Origin: a virus
Taxonomy: Duplodnaviria; Heunggongvirae; Uroviricota; Caudoviricetes
DNA: 16,655 nucleotides
Reading direction: 5' to 3' (one strand)
Virus record (IMG/VR): IMGVR_UViG_2619619134_000015
Coordinates: 1 to 16,655 of that record
Shown here: one piece after another, positions 15,241-16,655 of the stretch
Layout: each line of letters begins with the position of its first letter
Numbering within the stretch: the first letter of the stretch is position 1
Translations under genes and position numbers: made by a program
Notes under the pieces: generated by a model
What the model was told of the DNA's origin: nothing
Database searches by the model: none
The model's input: the letters and a program-made list of their open reading frames with translations, nothing else

Positions 15241-15643
15241 CGCCATAGACGCAATACTCTCACTTCCCATCGACGACAAGTCACCCCACGAAGTCCACCT
15301 TAAAGAACCCAAACGCAGCAAAGCGCAGAATGACCGTATGTGGCCGATGCTGAACGATGTTTCGCGTCAGGTGCTATGGCATGGTCAACGGCTGGCACCG
15401 GAAGACTGGAAAGACCTGTTCACTGCCCTGTGGCTTAAGACCAAAAAACTGGAGCAACGAAGTGTTCCTGGTATCGACGGTGGCGTTGTCATGCTTGGCG
15501 TGCGTACCAGCAAAATGCGAAAGGCCAGCATGACTGAGCTTATCGAAATCATGTTCTGGTTCGGCTCAGAGCGCAACGTGCGGTGGAGTGATGACTCCCG
15601 GCGAGAGTATGAATGGTCACAACGAAAAGGGAAGGCTGCATGA
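15197..15643 (+). CDS. ninB: NinB-like recombination protein (148 aa)
   Basis: Clear but diverged similarity to lambda NinB (QNDRMWPMLNDVSRQVLWHGQRL..., VRWSD..., C-terminal GKAA). Start could be the ATG at 15197 or at 15212. Confidence 0.8.
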   Translation: MKQIYMLRNEAIRNNAIDAILSLPIDDKSPHEVHLKEPKRSKAQNDRMWPMLNDVSRQVLWHGQRLAPEDWKDLFTALWLKTKKLEQRSVPGIDGGVVMLGVRTSKMRKASMTELIEIMFWFGSERNVRWSDDSRREYEWSQRKGKAA

Positions 15644-16167
15644 CTATCAAATCAAATACACCAGCGTCAGATAGGTATCGGCTTATTGAGGATTATCTGT
15701 ATTTAGACGGAGATACAGTCAGATACAAAAAGGACTCGCTAAAACACCCCAACCACAGCCACCGGGCCGGAGATGAAATTAAAACATCGATAAATGGATC
15801 TGGGTATAGACAGGTGTGTTTTGCAGGCATTCAGATGTTTGTTCACGTAGTTGTTTTTGCGCTGCACAACAAAAGAATGCCATTGAAAAATATTGACCAT
15901 ATTAACGGAAACAGGCTGGACAATTCCCCAAAAAATCTTAGGGAGGCAAACCGGATAGCAAACAGCCGAAATCAGAAAACTAAGTGCAATAGCCGTTCTG
16001 GAATAAAAAATGTTTTATGGAACAAGCAAAAAAATAAATGGGCCGTTCAAGTGCGCACAGATTTTGGCCGGTTGCATTTTGGGTTCTATGAAGATCTTGA
16101 GCTTGCTGGTTTGGTTGCCAGTGAGGCTATCAACAAATATCACGGACAATATGCGAGGGTTGAATGA
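15640..16167 (+). CDS. HNH homing-type endonuclease with a C-terminal AP2-like DNA-binding domain (175 aa)
   Basis: HNH core (HNKRMPLKNIDHINGNRLDNSPKNLREANRIANSRN) followed by a segment typical of AP2-like domains in phage HNH endonucleases (SGIKNVLWNKQKNKWAVQV...FGFYEDLELA). Its ATG overlaps the ninB stop (ATGA) and its stop overlaps the next gene start (ATGA). Confidence 0.75.
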   Translation: MTIKSNTPASDRYRLIEDYLYLDGDTVRYKKDSLKHPNHSHRAGDEIKTSINGSGYRQVCFAGIQMFVHVVVFALHNKRMPLKNIDHINGNRLDNSPKNLREANRIANSRNQKTKCNSRSGIKNVLWNKQKNKWAVQVRTDFGRLHFGFYEDLELAGLVASEAINKYHGQYARVE

Positions 16168-16655
16168 TTAAGCATAAATCAGAAACACCAAAAGAAGTTA
16201 GAGACTGCTGGCAAACGCCGCTTTGGCTTTTTGATGCACTGGATATTGAGTTTGGATTCTGGCTGGATTCAGCTGCGAGCGACAAAAACGCTCTGTGCGC
16301 TCACTGGCTAACTGAGGTCGACGACGCGCTCAATTCTGAGTGGGTAAGCCACGGTGCAATCTGGAATAACCCACCGTACAGCAATATCAGGCCGTGGGTG
16401 GAAAAAGCCGCTGAGCAGTGCATACAACAGCGACAGACGGTAGTTATGCTTGTGCCAGAGGATATGTCAGTCGGATGGTTCAGCAAGGCTCTGGAGAGTG
16501 TCGACGAAGTTCGCATTATCACTGATGGACGGATTAATTTTATCGAACCATCGACGGGGCTGGAGAAGAAGGGAAACAGCAAAGGCTCCATGCTGCTGAT
16601 TTGGCGACCGTTCATCAGTCCTCGACGGATGTTTACTACCGTATCCAAAGCGGCA
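16164..16655 (+). CDS. Phage N6-adenine DNA methyltransferase (Dam-like), 3'-truncated by the window end
   Basis: Open frame from the ATG at 16164 to the window end (164 codons). It carries the motif IV NPPY (IWNNPPYSNIRPWV) and sits in the nin region where lambdoid phages commonly carry such an enzyme. It is absent from the ORF track because no stop lies within the window. Confidence 0.8.
   Translation, partial: MIKHKSETPKEVRDCWQTPLWLFDALDIEFGFWLDSAASDKNALCAHWLTEVDDALNSEWVSHGAIWNNPPYSNIRPWVEKAAEQCIQQRQTVVMLVPEDMSVGWFSKALESVDEVRIITDGRINFIEPSTGLEKKGNSKGSMLLIWRPFISPRRMFTTVSKAA

Overview
This window is the early-left, immunity and early-right region of a mosaic lambdoid (lambda-like) phage or prophage, running from int to the nin region. 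All calls are from reading the sequence and from remembered lambda/P22 protein sequences; no database search was run.

Layout:
- Leftward (minus strand) operon: N, an AT-rich accessory cassette, ea10, cIII, kil, gam, bet, exo, orf60a, orf63, several accessory genes, xis, int.
- Immunity region: cI (minus) and cro (plus), with a two-gene module downstream of cI in the position lambda uses for rexA/rexB.
- Rightward (plus strand): cII, O (with ori iterons), P, ren, a terminator, an unknown ORF, ninB-like, an HNH endonuclease, and a 3'-truncated phage Dam-type methyltransferase.

Mosaicism: exo, bet, gam, kil, cIII, ea10, O, P and ren are lambda-type, whereas int/xis, N with its nut sites (P22-type GACAA boxB loops) and cI/cro are not.

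Most notable candidates for an undescribed system:
1. A three-gene cassette with a small membrane protein (8042-9191) that replaces lambda ral/sieB.
2. A cI-linked pair of unknown genes with a strong terminator (10777-11313) in the rexAB position, where lambdoid phages typically carry exclusion or defence genes.

Other observations: an in-frame amber stop in gam, a six-iteron replication origin, and a 17-bp perfect direct repeat inside a 431-aa gene.
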